64,000 nucleotides of DNA from Octopus bimaculoides (GCF_001194135.2 NC_068995.1:38303999-38367998); one strand, 5' to 3'. Shown: positions 14,046 to 27,747, counted from the stretch's first letter. Notes: a model not told the origin generated them from the letters alone. Made by a program: numbers and translations.

Positions 14046-15215
14046 ATGTTTATACTTCAGATGCTTTGGTATATTTTGCTATGTATTTTGCACTCTTCCT
14101 CGAGGGATTCGCAGCGTGAGTTGAGAGAGCTCCTGTTTAAGAATTATAGCAACAATATAAAACCCGTTCTGTACACAGACACAATCATTGATGTGCATTT
14201 ATTTGTCTTTCCCTCTAAGATTTACAAATTAGATTTAGGAGCTGGATTACTTACTGGAAAATTCCTTATTGGTTACAGATGGACTGATGAATTCTTAAGG
14301 TGGAATGAAAGCCAATTTGATAATATATCATCAATCAAAATGCCTTTGAATAAAGTTTGGGAACCTCATGCATATGTGTGTAATGCTGAAACAATATATA
14401 ACGTCAGTACTCCAATACCCGAAGCAGTGATGTTATCCAATGGCACAATAAAGACATCCACTACGTTGGTATATACCATCCACTGTAAAATTGACAATAC
14501 TAAATATCCTTTTGACAAGCAGGCTTGCGAAGTACACATTTGTTTACCGTTAAGTAAACTAAATAACGTGAGAATAAAAACAATTACAACATTTAAAAAA
14601 CAAGTTACCTTAAGAAACTGGAATGTAGAAATAGACAAAGTTTTACAAAATCATAATGAAAGAATATTTTACGCGTCGTGGCACTTAACACTAACAAAAT
14701 TATCAGCACAGTCCAAAATAATAATACTTATTCCACCTTTCTTACTAACATGTGTAACGATTGCTACTTTTCTTTTGCCCCCAGATACGAAACAGAAAGT
14801 CACTTTTTCTACAACCAGTTTTCTATCAATAATGCTTTATTTGTCAAAAATGTCGAAGGATTTAGCATCCCACACAGCCAACCATTCCCTTCTATGGATA
14901 TATGTCTTTTGCTTATCATGCATCAGCGCCATATCATGTATTGAATCAATACTAGTTTGCCGCATTTATGTTTACCAAAAGTGCGAGGATCAATGCCAAA
15001 TGACTGAACGAACTATATCATCGAATGGAGACGTAGATAAAAGTGAAACATGTAACAAACACTTGAATAAGAAATGGTTCGTTGAAAGGGGCTCGATGAA
15101 GAAAAATTGCAAACATTTAAAATTTTTTCAATATAGATATATTGATAAATTCTGCTTGGTCTTCTTCACGTTGCTCTTTTTAATAATAGGTATAATTTTG
15201 AATTCCATTGCTTAG
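14046..15215 (+). CDS. Divergent Cys-loop ligand-gated ion channel subunit, chemotactile-receptor-like (CR-A in this report), single coding exon, 389 aa
   Basis: Uninterrupted ORF. The ORF-track start at 13959 is TTG; the first ATG is at 14046 (MFILQMLWYILLCILHSSS, signal-peptide-like). Contains WEPH..CN (WxP motif), Cys-loop CKIDNTKYPFDKQAC (C-x13-C), M1 (IIILIPPFLLTCVTIATFLLPP), M2, M3 and a C-terminal M4. No vicinal Cys-Cys in loop C. Confidence 0.9.
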   Translation: MFILQMLWYILLCILHSSSRDSQRELRELLFKNYSNNIKPVLYTDTIIDVHLFVFPSKIYKLDLGAGLLTGKFLIGYRWTDEFLRWNESQFDNISSIKMPLNKVWEPHAYVCNAETIYNVSTPIPEAVMLSNGTIKTSTTLVYTIHCKIDNTKYPFDKQACEVHICLPLSKLNNVRIKTITTFKKQVTLRNWNVEIDKVLQNHNERIFYASWHLTLTKLSAQSKIIILIPPFLLTCVTIATFLLPPDTKQKVTFSTTSFLSIMLYLSKMSKDLASHTANHSLLWIYVFCLSCISAISCIESILVCRIYVYQKCEDQCQMTERTISSNGDVDKSETCNKHLNKKWFVERGSMKKNCKHLKFFQYRYIDKFCLVFFTLLFLIIGIILNSIA

Positions 15216-15423
15216 ATCATTCCTTATAAAACGTTCAGAGTAACATTAAGTGTCGCATATTAAATACTTTATGTTGTGTATCACTAGTTACATACATCCA
15301 AATGTTTACTGTTAATTGTTATTATTCTTACTGTTATAATAACTATTATAACCATTTTTCTTGCTGTTGTGGTTGTTGCTCATTTTGTCGTTATTGTTGT
15401 TGTGATTATTGTTATCATTATTA

Positions 15424-15600
15424 AGGTAGCGAACTGGCAGAATCGTCAGCAGGTCAAGCAAATTGCTTAACGGCATTTCATTCGATTCTACGTTCTGAGC
15501 TCAAATTTCCCCGATGATGACTTTGCTTTTCATCCTTTCAGATTCGGTTAAAAAAAAAAAAAAAAAAACATATTGGCTTAATGTTATAGACCGACCCCAC
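15424..15600 (+). mobile_element. SINE, second family, just 3' of CR-A
   Basis: GAACTGGCAGAATCG A-box-like head and the family body. Confidence 0.7.
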
Positions 15601-16000
15601 TCCGGAATTTTGGCCTTGTACCAAATTTTAAAGTCCTTCTTCTTCTTCTTCTTCTTNNNNNNNNNNNNNNNNNNNNNNNNNNNNNNNNNNNNNNNNNNNN
15701 NNNNNNNNNNNNNNNNNNNNNNNNNNNNNNNNNNNNNNNNNNNNNNNNNNNNNNNNNNNNNNNNNNNNNNNNNNNNNNNNNNNNNNNNNNNNNNNNNNNN
15801 NNNNNNNNNNNNNNNNNNNNNNNNNNNNNNNNNNNNNNNNNNNNNNNNNNNNNNNNNNNNNNNNNNNNNNNNNNNNNNNNNNNNNNNNNNNNNNNNNNNN
15901 NNNNNNNNNNNNNNNNNNNNNNNNNNNNNNNNNNNNNNNNNNNNNNNNNNNNNNNNNNNNNNNNNNNNNNNNNNNNNNNNNNNNNNNNNTATCATTATTA

Positions 16001-16185
16001 AGGCGGCGTGCTGGCAGAATCGCTAGCACGCCTCGGGCGAAATGCTTAGCGGTATTTCGTCTGCCACTACGTTCTGAATTCAAATTCCGCCGAGGTCGAC
16101 TTTGCTTTTCATCCTATCAGGGTCGATTAAATAGGAACCAGTTTCGCACTGGGGTCGATGTAATTGACGTTATCCCTTTCCCCAA
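16001..16185 (+). mobile_element. SINE, second family
   Basis: GGCGGCGTGCTGGCAGAATCGCTAGC...AATTCAAATTCCGCCGAGGTCGAC. Confidence 0.8.
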
Positions 16186-16599
16186 ATTGTTATCATCATC
16201 ATCATCATCATTATTATTATTATTATTATTACTATTATCTTTTCCTTTCAATTTTTGTTTCCATTTCTTGATGAATGTCTTTAAAACATACACATGAGAT
16301 TGTTCATTTAGGATTGTTCGTTTAGGAAAGGTGTATAAAATTACATGCGTGGTAATCATTCTCATGGTAATCATTCTCATGATAATCATTCTCATGTGTG
16401 TGACATTCCCCTTAAAATAACCTTTTGCACTATTTGCATGGATATAAACGGAGGTATCATTCTAAAAACATAATTTCCATGGCGATCAAACACACTTTAT
16501 TGTTTTGGTCTTTCAGAACAACATCCCGTTGCAACCTTAAGATGGTGATTATACCACTCGTCGGCAGTTTGATGTGAAAATGCCGACATCTTAACCGGT

Positions 16600-16674
<75 letters not shown>

Positions 16675-17252
16675 TTATTATTCAGTATTTTTATTCAGTA
16701 GTTTTATTTTTATAACGTGCTTTCACTTGACTACCGAGCGCAGCTCNNNNNNNNNNNNNNNNNNNNNNNNNNNNNNNNNNNNNNNNNNNNNNNNNNNNNN
16801 NNNNNNNNNNNNNNNNNNNNNNNNNNNNNNNNNNNNNNNNNNNNNNNNNNNNNNNNNNNNNNNNNNNNNNNNNNNNNNNNNNNNNNNNNNNNNNNNNNNN
16901 NNNNNNNNNNNNNNNNNNNNNNNNNNNNNNNNNNNNNNNNNNNNNNNNNNNNNNNNNNNNNNNNNNNNNNNNNNNNNNNNNNNNNNNNNNNNNNNNNNNN
17001 NNNNNNNNNNNNNNNNNNNNNNNNNNNNNNNNNNNNNNNNNNNNNNNNNNNNNNNNNNNNNNNNNNNNNNNNNNNNNNNNNNNNNNNNNNNNNNNNNNNN
17101 NNNNNNNNNNNNNNNNNNNNNNNNNNNNNNNNNNNNNNNNNNNNNNNNNNNNNNNNNNNNNNNNNNNNNNNNNNNNNNNNNNNNNNNNNNNNNNNNNNNN
17201 NNNNNNNNNNNNNNNNNNNNNNNNNNNNNNNNNNNNNNNNNNNNNNNNNNNN

Positions 17253-17298
<46 letters not shown>

Positions 17299-18190
17299 TT
17301 ATGTTTGACTTTTGTTTTGCATTTGTACAAGTTGGATCCAAGTCTCACTCAGAGACCTCAAGAGAGAACAAGTTAGAAGTTCATGTAGGTGTTATGCCTA
17401 GGGTACCATATATTTGGATTTGTACATAGTGTTGTTCTAGAGAATGTTTAAGAAACCATAAGAAAATTATGTGTTTGTTTTAAAATTTGAGATCACATAG
17501 ACAGTAATTTACGTAGGATATGGGCAGTTTCCATGAGCAGTATCTTTTGAACTTCAGCCATTTGGGGTTTCCCGGTATCTGAGCTAGGTAGTAATCAGCC
17601 CGTTTCGCTGTCATTCCCAGGGCACCAATGAAAATAGGTATTGTTTTAGTCTTCAGGTCCCACATTTTGCTAATTTCTTTCCAAGATCTTTATATTTGCT
17701 CAGTTTTTGGTAGGTCTTGACAGATACGTTTATATCGATTGGGACAGTCATATCACGGAGGAGGCATGATTTTTGTCTGAAGTCTTTCAGTATGATGTCT
17801 GGCCTATTTGCATCTATCTTTCTGTCAGTTTGAATGGTGAAGTTCCAGAGGAGTGCGATGTGAGCATTTTCAAGTACTGGGGGTGGTTTTTGTTCCCACC
17901 AGTTTTTATCATGGGGCAAGTCCAGGTTTTTGCATATTACCCAGTGAATATATTGTGCAGCTCTATCATGCCTGTTGAGATACTCTGTAGGTGCAAGCAA
18001 ACTGCACATGAAGACAACATGATCAATGGTCTCATTTTGTTGTTGGCATATACGACATAATGGGGAGCTGCCGTTCTTTAATATGTTGGCCTGGTAATTC
18101 TTTGTAGGTAGGCATTGATTTTGGGCTGCTATGATAAACCCCTCTGTTTCTGATTTTAATCCAGAGGCCATTAACCATTGATGGGTAAGG
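17299..18190 (-). mobile_element. 5'-truncated R4/Dong-like non-LTR retrotransposon with (TAA)n on both sides
   Basis: ORF 17653-18171 has a CCHC knuckle (CRIC-x8-H-x4-C), RHDRAA and an RPDIILKD RLE core. The family 3' UTR follows; (TTA)n tracts lie at 17252-17298 and 18192-18257. Confidence 0.88.
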
Positions 18191-18192
18191 GC

Positions 18193-18257
<65 letters not shown>

Positions 18258-18499
18258 GATTGATTGATTGATTGAGAGAGCAATGCATACCATCAAAGTG
18301 ACACGGCTAAAGTATTCAAAGCCCAGTATACCCATCATGACTACTCGCCTGATAAGGGCACACCAGATACATGACTCATAACCATATGTGCGAGGAATCT
18401 CATACAAAGATAAACAGTACATAATCTTTCAGATGAGGCCCAGTTAAAATTTTCTTCTGGTTGAGTAGCCCGTTCCGCTCAAAGGCTCCATGAATAAGG

Positions 18500-19270
18500 G
18501 TTGTTTGAGGATGTTTTTTAAATCTGTCGTGAAGAGCTTCATTGTAGTTTTACATACCATTATTTTACATTTCCGCATTATTTTTTAAAGTTTTATTTTT
18601 TGCGAAATTTTGCCCAAGAATTGAACTCGTTCCCCGGACACGCTGTGAACTATCCTAGTAGTATTTTTGTATACCGGCGTTCCTATCTCAATCCATGCTG
18701 CTGTATTAATTATCGATACTTCTGAACCGGTATCTAATTGCATTTTTGTCTGAAAACGATTTATTTCTTCCGATACAAAATTTTCGGTTTTGTATGGTAT
18801 AATTTATTTTTGCTGAGTAGACTATCTTCGGTTTTATATTTTTCTTAAAACTTTCGACTGTCTATGCCCAATTTTACCGCACATAGAACATTTTTTATCT
18901 TTAAAGGGGCAATCTTTCTTAAAATGCAGGTCTCCGTAACTATAGCACGGTTTTGGATTGATATTTTTTTTGTTTCTGTACTTTCTTTACACGTTTGTAC
19001 ATTATTATTCTTATCATTATTGACTTCTATTTTTCTTGTATCTCCTCGAAGGTTCATTATTTGTTGGCATTCCTCAGCCACTTTCTGCAAGGTTAGTATC
19101 ACATCTTGATTTAACTTTGATAATATTCTTTCTCTAATTTCTGCGTCTTCCGTTGCCACAAGCCCGTTAACGAATATTAGGCACTAGAACATATCTGGCG
19201 TTAATTCTTCTAGTGTAAACCTTTCACAAGCCTTATTAACAATACCAGACTCATTTTTCTGTAGATTTAA
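18500..19270 (-). mobile_element. Ty3/Gypsy-type LTR retrotransposon gag-protease fragment
   Basis: EDAEIRERILSKL...EECQQIMNLR gag region, degenerate zinc knuckles and FQTKMQLDTGSEVSIIN (aspartic protease DTG motif). Confidence 0.7.
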
Positions 19271-19373
19271 ATATTCCCACCGAATGTTAAACAGCGAACT
19301 TTTTCGCTAAAAATATTAGTCAAAAAAATATATATCATATCATATGCACACCGTTGTTCTGGAAGAAGTTTAG

Positions 19374-19456
<83 letters not shown>

Positions 19457-20436
19457 AAGGGCTGTGTTGTCATGTATACGAACATACATAAATAAATATG
19501 CATAATCTTTTTTTGTGTGTGTTTGTGGGTGTGTATGAGAGAGACAGAAAGCGAATATCACTTAAACATCACTCTCTGTGTGTTTCTCCGTCCCTCTCGC
19601 TCTCACACACACGCACACATACATACAAGAAAGATGTGTGGATATGTATTTATGCATGTACGTATATATGACAACGCAACATTTGACTCACTCTCTATCT
19701 CTCTCACACACGCACACAGAGACAAACACACACACATACATAAATGTATATAAACGTACTTGCAAAAACACACGTGTGCGTGTGTAATTGACATGTGTGT
19801 GTGTGAGAAAGAGACAGGGAGAGAAAGAATATTGCGAACAATTAATGAAAGAAACATGAAATGGAAAAGTCGTATAAATAAAAGCCCTTGGACGGAATAT
19901 TTAAATTTGTGAACTTAGTACATATTTCTTTCAGTAATTTGTCGTAATTGTTTGCAAGTAATGAATTAAAACTTGAAATGAAAACGTTAAAATAGAGAAT
20001 GAAGCTTTTTGTCGTTGGTTCGTCAATAACGGAAGTTGACATTGAGAAACATTTTTAAAGAAGTGAATCATATATCTATAGCAATATTATTTATTTGTAA
20101 TAAAAGAAATCAAGGGACGAGGTGAAATGATTCATGCATCACAAGTATGGAAGCAATTCGCGGAGCCGTTTTCGCGTGATAAAGAACGATCTGTCTATAG
20201 GTAAAAGAATAAGTTGCAGCAATCACGAAAGTATCTACAACTAATTTGACATCTTGGGAACGTCGATGCTTAGATTAATCGTCGTGGCATAAATTGTGTC
20301 ATGATACATCCAAACAATTTAGGTTGAAGAAACAGAGCAATAAAAGAATTTTGTCTTGGAATCAACAGACACATTTTCACAATTCCAGACAACAACAAAA
20401 TCATCTGTGTCACCATTGTGACTTCGTAGCATTACG

Positions 20437-20645
20437 GTAAGCTGCGAGAAACGTTAGCGCGCCGGGTGAAATGCTTAGCCTTATTTCTTCTGTCTTCATG
20501 TTCTAAGTTCAAATTCCACCGAGGTCGACTTTGCCGTTCATCCTTTTGGGGGGTCAATAAATTAAGTACCAGTTGCATACTTGGATCGATCTAATCGACT
20601 GGGCCCACTACCCAAAAATTTCGGGCTGTGTACCTAGAGTAGAAA
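20437..20645 (+). mobile_element. SINE, second family
   Basis: AAGCTGCGAGAAACGTTAGCG...GTTCAAATTCCACCGAGGTCGACTTTGCC...TAAGTACCAGTT. Confidence 0.8.
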
Positions 20646-21983
20646 AAAAAATAAACAAAAGTAAACAAAGAAAATATACGTTGTGAATTCATAGCAAAAG
20701 TCATAAGTAAACGCAAAGTGCATTCACATATCCGTTGCAAAACGTTGCAACATCATTTCTTTTTATCTCTCTGTCTCTCATTATTTCTCTCTCTCTCTTT
20801 TTATCTATCTCTCTATCTCTCTCTTTAAAATCTCTCTCTTTAAAATCTTCTCCTCCATAAGACAAAATCTGAGGGTATGGCCATCATTTGTCTACGTAAC
20901 TATAAGCTTGATAGTTATATAATCATATCTCATGCAACTATTTTAAATTCCACCTAAATTAGAAAGTCTACATATACATCTACTTAATGTCAGTTGATAT
21001 CGTCGGCCTTTTCCCTCTTGGATGATAGCCAGAAACTTTGTAGCTAGATATTCAGATGAATTTATACCAAGCAAGTGATTAACCAGCGTTTCTATTAATT
21101 CTCATCTATTTTTAATGCCGTTATGTTCTTTTCATATGTAGTTCTATTTGGCAACATCTTGTTCAGTTTTATTGCTTTCCCTGACGAAACCAATGTAATT
21201 TGTTCCAATTCTGTCAGTCCATACATTGTAAATATAAACAGTGAATTTTGTATAATTACAGTCAAGCTGTTGTAGCCAATATATTCTTCTTATCTGATGA
21301 GATAGCTTTCTGTATTGGCACGACTTTGTGAATTTACAACTGTATAGTATTATGCAGAACATATATATTAAAACAAACATATACGTATATTTTCTTGCAC
21401 ATTGTAATTAATACTACAGGAAGACGGTTGCCAGAAGGCCGTTATTGACATAGAGAAACTCAAATTTTATTCTCTGCAACATCGCCGTGAGCACTAATTC
21501 ATCTGTATTAAATGGAAAATATTCCAACAGCATTGCTCAAATGTTTTCATCCATTTTAAAATTCACATAAAACACGATCCCCTTGCTATCCGTCATCTAT
21601 GAAAATGGTGCTGGTGTCAGAACACAACGCAGCACTAAGGCAGATCTATTTCACCTTAGATGGTCCAGCTCCCTTTAACATCATTCCAAGTCACAAGAGA
21701 GAAGGAGACATCTCAAAACATTGAGACGGTGCTCAGAAAAGTTATCTCCGACAAGTTCCATATGGAGCAACTAGATCCGGATATATCTCTGCAGGTCATT
21801 AATTCTTTACGCAGAAAGACCTTGGTGCCGAAGAATCATTGAAATTGTTTTTCGTAAATGATATTTCCTGAAATGTTTTTCCATGTGGCATAATTACGAT
21901 AGTCACGGCCTGGGTCAATTCTAGCCGAAACTATTCTAAGTTTTCTAAGTATCTCTCATATATGTATATATATATGTATATAC

Positions 21984-22022
<39 letters not shown>

Positions 22023-22173
22023 NNNNNNNNNNNNNNNNNNNNNNNNNNNNNNNNNNNNNNNNNNNNNNNNNNNNNNNNNNNNNNNNNNNNNNNNNNNNNN
22101 NNNNATATATGTATATATATATATAAATATAACTATATATATGTGTGTTTGAGTATATATAACTGTATGTATG

Positions 22174-22212
<39 letters not shown>

Positions 22213-22344
22213 GAGCTGACGTTGCTGTGTTGGAAGAGTCTTGCTTCCTGCCCAGATGGATCCGAATCTAATGTTGAAGGAAAGATGTACTGGATATAGT
22301 CTGAGGGTGGGGGATTAGGAAAATCTGCATTATTAGAGTGCATG

Positions 22345-22975
22345 TGCAGGGTGCGGCGAATACATTTTCGAGTAAATTACGTAGAAATGAAAATAACATT
22401 GACATCTCATTTTAACAGATATATTTACCAAAACTACATAAAAATATCTTGAAATACTAAAGAGTATATAATTCAATAAAATCGCCATTTGCTTCAATTT
22501 TGACCTCCAGATGACTTTGGAATCTCCTGCAACTCTTCTGGACTTTCTCGTTGTTTAAGGTGGTGAATGCTACTATAATCTTCACCTTCAGTTAATATTT
22601 GGCGTTACAAGCAGTTTTGTTGGTTTCTCGTTCAACTGCACCTCACATGTAATAATGAATGGGGTTGCACTCTGGGGAATTAGGTAACCAGATATTAGGT
22701 GTGATCTGATCGCACAAATTGTCTGACTGTCATGACTGGGTTCTCTTGTTTGTATGGCATGGTGGAGAGTCCTGCTGCCTGATATAGGGACTTCCAGCTG
22801 CCACCCTCTTGAACCAGGAAGAACTAACACTTGCAGGCACTTGGTGTAGACCTCGGCATTGAATCTTTGGCTGCGTGTGGAGATGAATGGAAGCATAACA
22901 TCGCCGTCACTAGTGATCACTCCAAATACCGTAATGCTGATTGTATGTTTGATGTTTAACACTCTCGGTACCTGT
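22345..22975 (-). mobile_element. maT-like (DD37D) transposon fragment
   Basis: HTISITVFGVITSDGDVMLPFI...NAEVYTKCL and the C-terminal region. Confidence 0.8.
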
Positions 22976-23089
22976 CCTCAGATTGTACTTTTCCCAGATT
23001 GAGACACAAAGACACTGAAATCTTCGTATTCCAGATTCAAACTAAAGTTTATAAATATAACACTTAACTTAATAATTTAATACTATAAC

Positions 23090-23345
23090 ACAGTACCCAG
23101 ACCGGGCGTTGTGTGTGTTTATTAGCGAAAACACTAAAAGCTCCACGAGGCTCCGACATGGGGTGGTGGCGACCCCTGTTGTACTCTTTCGCTCCAGCTT
23201 TTTCTCACTCTTTCTTCCTGTTTCTTGAGTAACGCTGCGATGGACTGGCGTCCCGTCCAGCGGGGAGGAATATATACGCCATAGAAGCCGGGAAACCGGG
23301 CCCATGAGCCTAGCTAGGCTTAAAAAGGGCGAGAAAAAATACAGG
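23090..23345 (+). mobile_element. SINE with a V-domain-like core
   Basis: CTGCGATGGACTGGCGTCCCGTCCAG resembles the conserved V-SINE central domain (recalled, not searched). Confidence 0.5.
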
Positions 23346-24560
23346 ACCATTCCTCTAATACTTTATATCTAATATTCTACAAGCTTTATCACTGAATAAC
23401 TATAAGTTAGCAAAACAAACAACCACTACCCTTCCGGTCCGGTCCACCTTGGTCCCTATTCACGAAATCTTCCTTCTGCCTTCCGACAACAATGAATCCC
23501 CTATCCAACTCCTATATTACGTTTAACTATATACAGTACATTCCCCCCGTAGATAGGTATATGTTTTATATTTTTATACGTTTAAACTATTTTTTTTTCT
23601 TATGCTGTCCTTTAGGATCCTCTTCCCTTTGTACTGTTATTTTAGTTATGGCACTTACATATTTATTTGTTTTTAAATCTATTTTGCTCTTTTACTTACC
23701 CATACTGGCAATGGTTTATATATTTATTTGATTTGTTTTTGTCTTATCGGTTAACCATCAGCGAACCGGAACCATGTCATGGTTTTCAAGAAAGTAGCTG
23801 ACCAATTAGACTGTAGGATTGACCATGACCCCACCCCACGAAACAAAGCGATTCAGAGACTTGTCGATCAGCAAAAAACTAACTAACACTAACATCGCAC
23901 TCTAGTCACCACCTGGTTCCTTACGCTCATAAGTACACTTATATACCAGATTTTCCCATAACGGGCTCACATTCATTTGGCTCCAAAACTTAAAGTCCAC
24001 CACTGTATTTCTATGTAAACATAACGTGAATTTCTATATAAACATAATGCGAACTACTACCTAAATTCATCCTTCCAAAAAACTCTTCCCAAAAACGAAT
24101 ATACTCACCTATCCAGCATTGGACGAAGTAACATGGATCCTGGAATACATCACGAGAAATTTGTAGCGTATTTCCTCTTCCTATACCTAATTCATTTTAA
24201 TAAGTTATACCTCTGTCACAGTCTCATGTCTGCTCGGATTCTTTTTCTGCTATTTTTAATAATGACAAATACACTGTACCTATTGTTAACTGTTTATTAT
24301 ATGTATTGGCATAGAGGATTTCGATGACCGTTGGCTGAAACGGCCGTAAGGAACTGATATTTTGCTCTTTCCTGTAATATTAATACATGTATGTGTCACA
24401 CATAGTTCCTACATTTGTATATTTTCTTCCAATACTTTCTTATGCTTTGGAATAAATAGACACACTGGAATCTCTACCGGATGATGTATGTTGTTTTATT
24501 TCCTCTCCATTTTCTTATTTGTCGCAAAATAAAAATATACAAGGAGCAAAACAGTAAGTA

Positions 24561-24664
24561 CATACACTGAGTAATTACGCATACACTGAGTAATTACGCA
24601 TACACTGAGTAATTACGCATACACTGAGTAATTACGCATACACTGAGTAATTACGCATACACTG
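24561..24664. repeat. Perfect 19-bp minisatellite (CATACACTGAGTAATTACG) x5.5
   Basis: Five identical units plus a 9-bp partial unit, read directly. Confidence 0.97.
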
Positions 24665-24949
24665 GAAAGTCTACACAATCATATATACATTTTAATACGC
24701 AAGGGACTATACAAACGTCCCAATGTTTACACAACTACGTAAAATTTACAGGACACGCATACACGCATATGAAAGCACGTGTCACAAACGAAGCAAAAAC
24801 AAAAAAAAAACAGAACAAACAGAACAAAACAAAACTATTTTTTTAGCTTCTGAAGTATCACAGATAGAATGAAACATAAGATTTAAAGTAGCATAAAAAA
24901 AACTCTGCCCAGAGTTAAATATATTAACAAAAAATAATACATGCAGAGA

Positions 24950-26690
24950 AATCGGAGACGGTGGTTCTCACAAAATTAACCCGAAATAAACAGATCCGTC
25001 CACTAATGTCAACGTCCAAGCTTGTCATGCCTCAATGATAACAAAACAAAAAACACACCGGTTTGTTCGTAATCCGGAACACCAAGGACGACGTACTCGA
25101 ATGATGAACCAGATTCAATTCGAAAAATCAGCTACTGCTTAAAGTTTTCGCGTAACACAGAAGCTGGAAGTATCCCACAACCGGAATATTCCAAAAGATG
25201 GTCATCCATGCTCGTCATCAAATAACCAAAAATAAAAAAGAAAGAATGAAAAAAGGTCTAGAGCAAATAATAAAGAAGTTCTTACGGCCTTCTATCATGA
25301 AATATATTTCCCCACAAATAAATATAATACACTATAGACCTACTTAAACTGGAGACAGAAATACCTTGAAGTAAGACCCTACATACACGGTAACAAATTT
25401 GCCAACGTCAGAGGAAATATTATGAAAAAGAAAGTACTAACTAAATTAGAGATTGACCAAATTTTAAAAATCAGTGAGTTATAAAAGGAACGAAGCTGCA
25501 GCTATAGAAGATACTACGGAGGAAATAATTATAGACCAGCCTAGGTCTGAGGAAAATGCAATAATGATTGAAAGAGTTAATGTAACTGATAGGCAAAGTG
25601 AAATACTCTATGAACCAACCACAAGCACTAAGACAGATGAAAATCAAATAGATGAAGAAAGTCACACAGCAATTGACCCAACAGAACTACATATTCTAAA
25701 ACATCAAATCATGTTTGAATGGCTGAAAATTAAAGAAACAAGTATGATTGAACGCCACACTCTCCCAAACATTCGCAATTCTAACTAAAAACCGAAAATA
25801 ACTGGTAAAATCCACCTGGGACTTGGGGATATAATTTCAGGTATTGATGCTAATATTACAGATCTCAACCATCTGTACTATGCATCCGTGAAAATTTCAA
25901 CGATTCTATGAGGTTAAAACATTAGAAAATGACAACATTTCCACAAAAACCTTCTTGGCAAGGGCGTATCTGATACCAAATTAAGCTACTTAGGTCTGAC
26001 CTAGAATGTTTAAAAAACCTTTAAGTTTTATATGACTATTCAAACCTACAAAAACACGAAATTTAATGAACAAAATATAATATGTAAACCATTTTTGACA
26101 TTGATACCACCATAGAAACCATCAAGCAAAAGGTATCTGCTAAAGCTGTCCGCATAGCAACGTATGAAAAGCGCTTCAGATTCTTCAAGGACAGCAAGAT
26201 GTTCAAAAATAACCCAAAACATTTCTACAGGAAGATAAGGAAAATACCTGTTACAGTAAAGTTTATCCCATCAAAAGAAGTGCTGGAATTTTGCAATAAA
26301 ATTTGGGCAGAACAAAAAACACACAATGAAAATGCCCCTTGGATTGATAGAATATCTACAGGGTTAGACTCCTTGGGAGAGCAAAAGTGAGAGGGTTTCA
26401 GTGTAGAGATGTAAGATCTTCTCTCAGGAGGTCAAGCAAATTGACGTCTCCAGGAAAGGATAAAATTCCTAACTTCTGGTTGAATGCCTTCCAGAGAGCC
26501 ATGAACTGCTAATAAAACATTACAATAATGTTTTGCAACATCCTAGTATAATTCCATCTTGGCTAGTTGATGGTGTACCATTCCTAATTCCCAAAAATGA
26601 ACGAACAAATTCACCAAAAAATTATCGACACGACCTGCTTAACAACAATGTATTAAACGCTAACATCTCTCCTGACTAAATATTGTTATT
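24950..26690 (+). mobile_element. R4/Dong-like retrotransposon 5' half (N-terminal region and start of RT), degenerate
   Basis: IETIKQKVSAKAVRIATYEKR..MFKNNPKHFYRK, PGKDKIPNFWLNAF, PSWL..LIPK..PKNYR. Ends at a (TTA)n tract. Confidence 0.75.
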
Positions 26691-27710
26691 GTTATTATTA
26701 TTATTATTATTATTACTACTACTATTATTATTATTATTCGACTAAAAAAATCGCAAAATAAAAAAAAACGGATAATAACCGAAAAGTATAACTTACGGAG
26801 CATTGTCCACTTCCCCATTTTAACTACGGGGCTTTTATCGGGATTTGGGTGTCGAAATGGATTTTTGCCCGCGGGAGATAAAATCTCCCTCGGGCAGTGA
26901 CAGATAAACTGGAAAAACTAGTGTTCGGTAGCAGTCCATATATCACGCATCTTACGCCTTCGTTTTAAATTAATAATATATATACACTCACACGTATGTG
27001 TGTATGTAAGTATGTATGTGTGTGTAACTGTATTTGTGTATGCGTATGTGCATTAAGTAAATATATATGTAATATTGCCACATTATTCTTAATGTATAAT
27101 ATATTGTTACCTTGATAATACATGGAAGTGCTTATTTTCCCATGAGATTGACGCGAGTAATTGCATGGAAATAATACAGTCACAGAGGCAAAGACAATGA
27201 CGACGGTTATCTTTGTTGACAATCAATTACTATAATGCAATTTAATGACAGCGATGACCACAAAAGAATATACGTTTAGCAATTTTACTTTGCAGTCAGG
27301 TTGATACATGTTCGATACCCAAGATAGGGAACCGAGAAATTTTTGGCTACATAGTCATCAATATAGACGTATCTATCAGTCTACATTGTAATCAATTATA
27401 AGAGTAATGTAAGTTAAGTTGTCTATGTAACTGAAAGGCTGAATGATAAAATTTTTTGGTGTAAAATATATCTGTACATAAAGTTTGGCCTTTAGAATGC
27501 TGAATATAGTCATTTAATCACAAGAGCCTCACAGTATTACGTCGGATGCACCCCTTGAATTCTGTGTAGGACTTTATCTTATATGATATGAGTTTATATA
27601 GGAAGTAAATATGATGTCAATAATAATAGAGCCATAGTATAACTCTAATATGATGTTTACGTGTTCTCAAACAAGTGAATGTAATTTTGTCGACTTCCCA
27701 CCTTACATAC

Positions 27711-27747
<37 letters not shown>

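Noticed and set aside
16351-16396. 15-bp triplicated repeat (GGTAATCATTCTCATG)
   Set aside because: A short local slippage duplication with no functional indication.
7956-17251. Additional CR genes hidden in N gaps
   Set aside because: Each gap is under 0.8 kb as sized and is bounded by microsatellites, and no partial CR sequence runs into any gap. This cannot be fully excluded without long reads.
24310-24360. Hammerhead-like TCGATGA...GAAACGGCCGTA with palindromic stem III
   Set aside because: The core is mutated, stem II is weak and no stem I pairing is possible.
24561-24664. CRISPR-like array
   Set aside because: Contiguous repeats with no spacers, in a eukaryotic genome with no cas genes.
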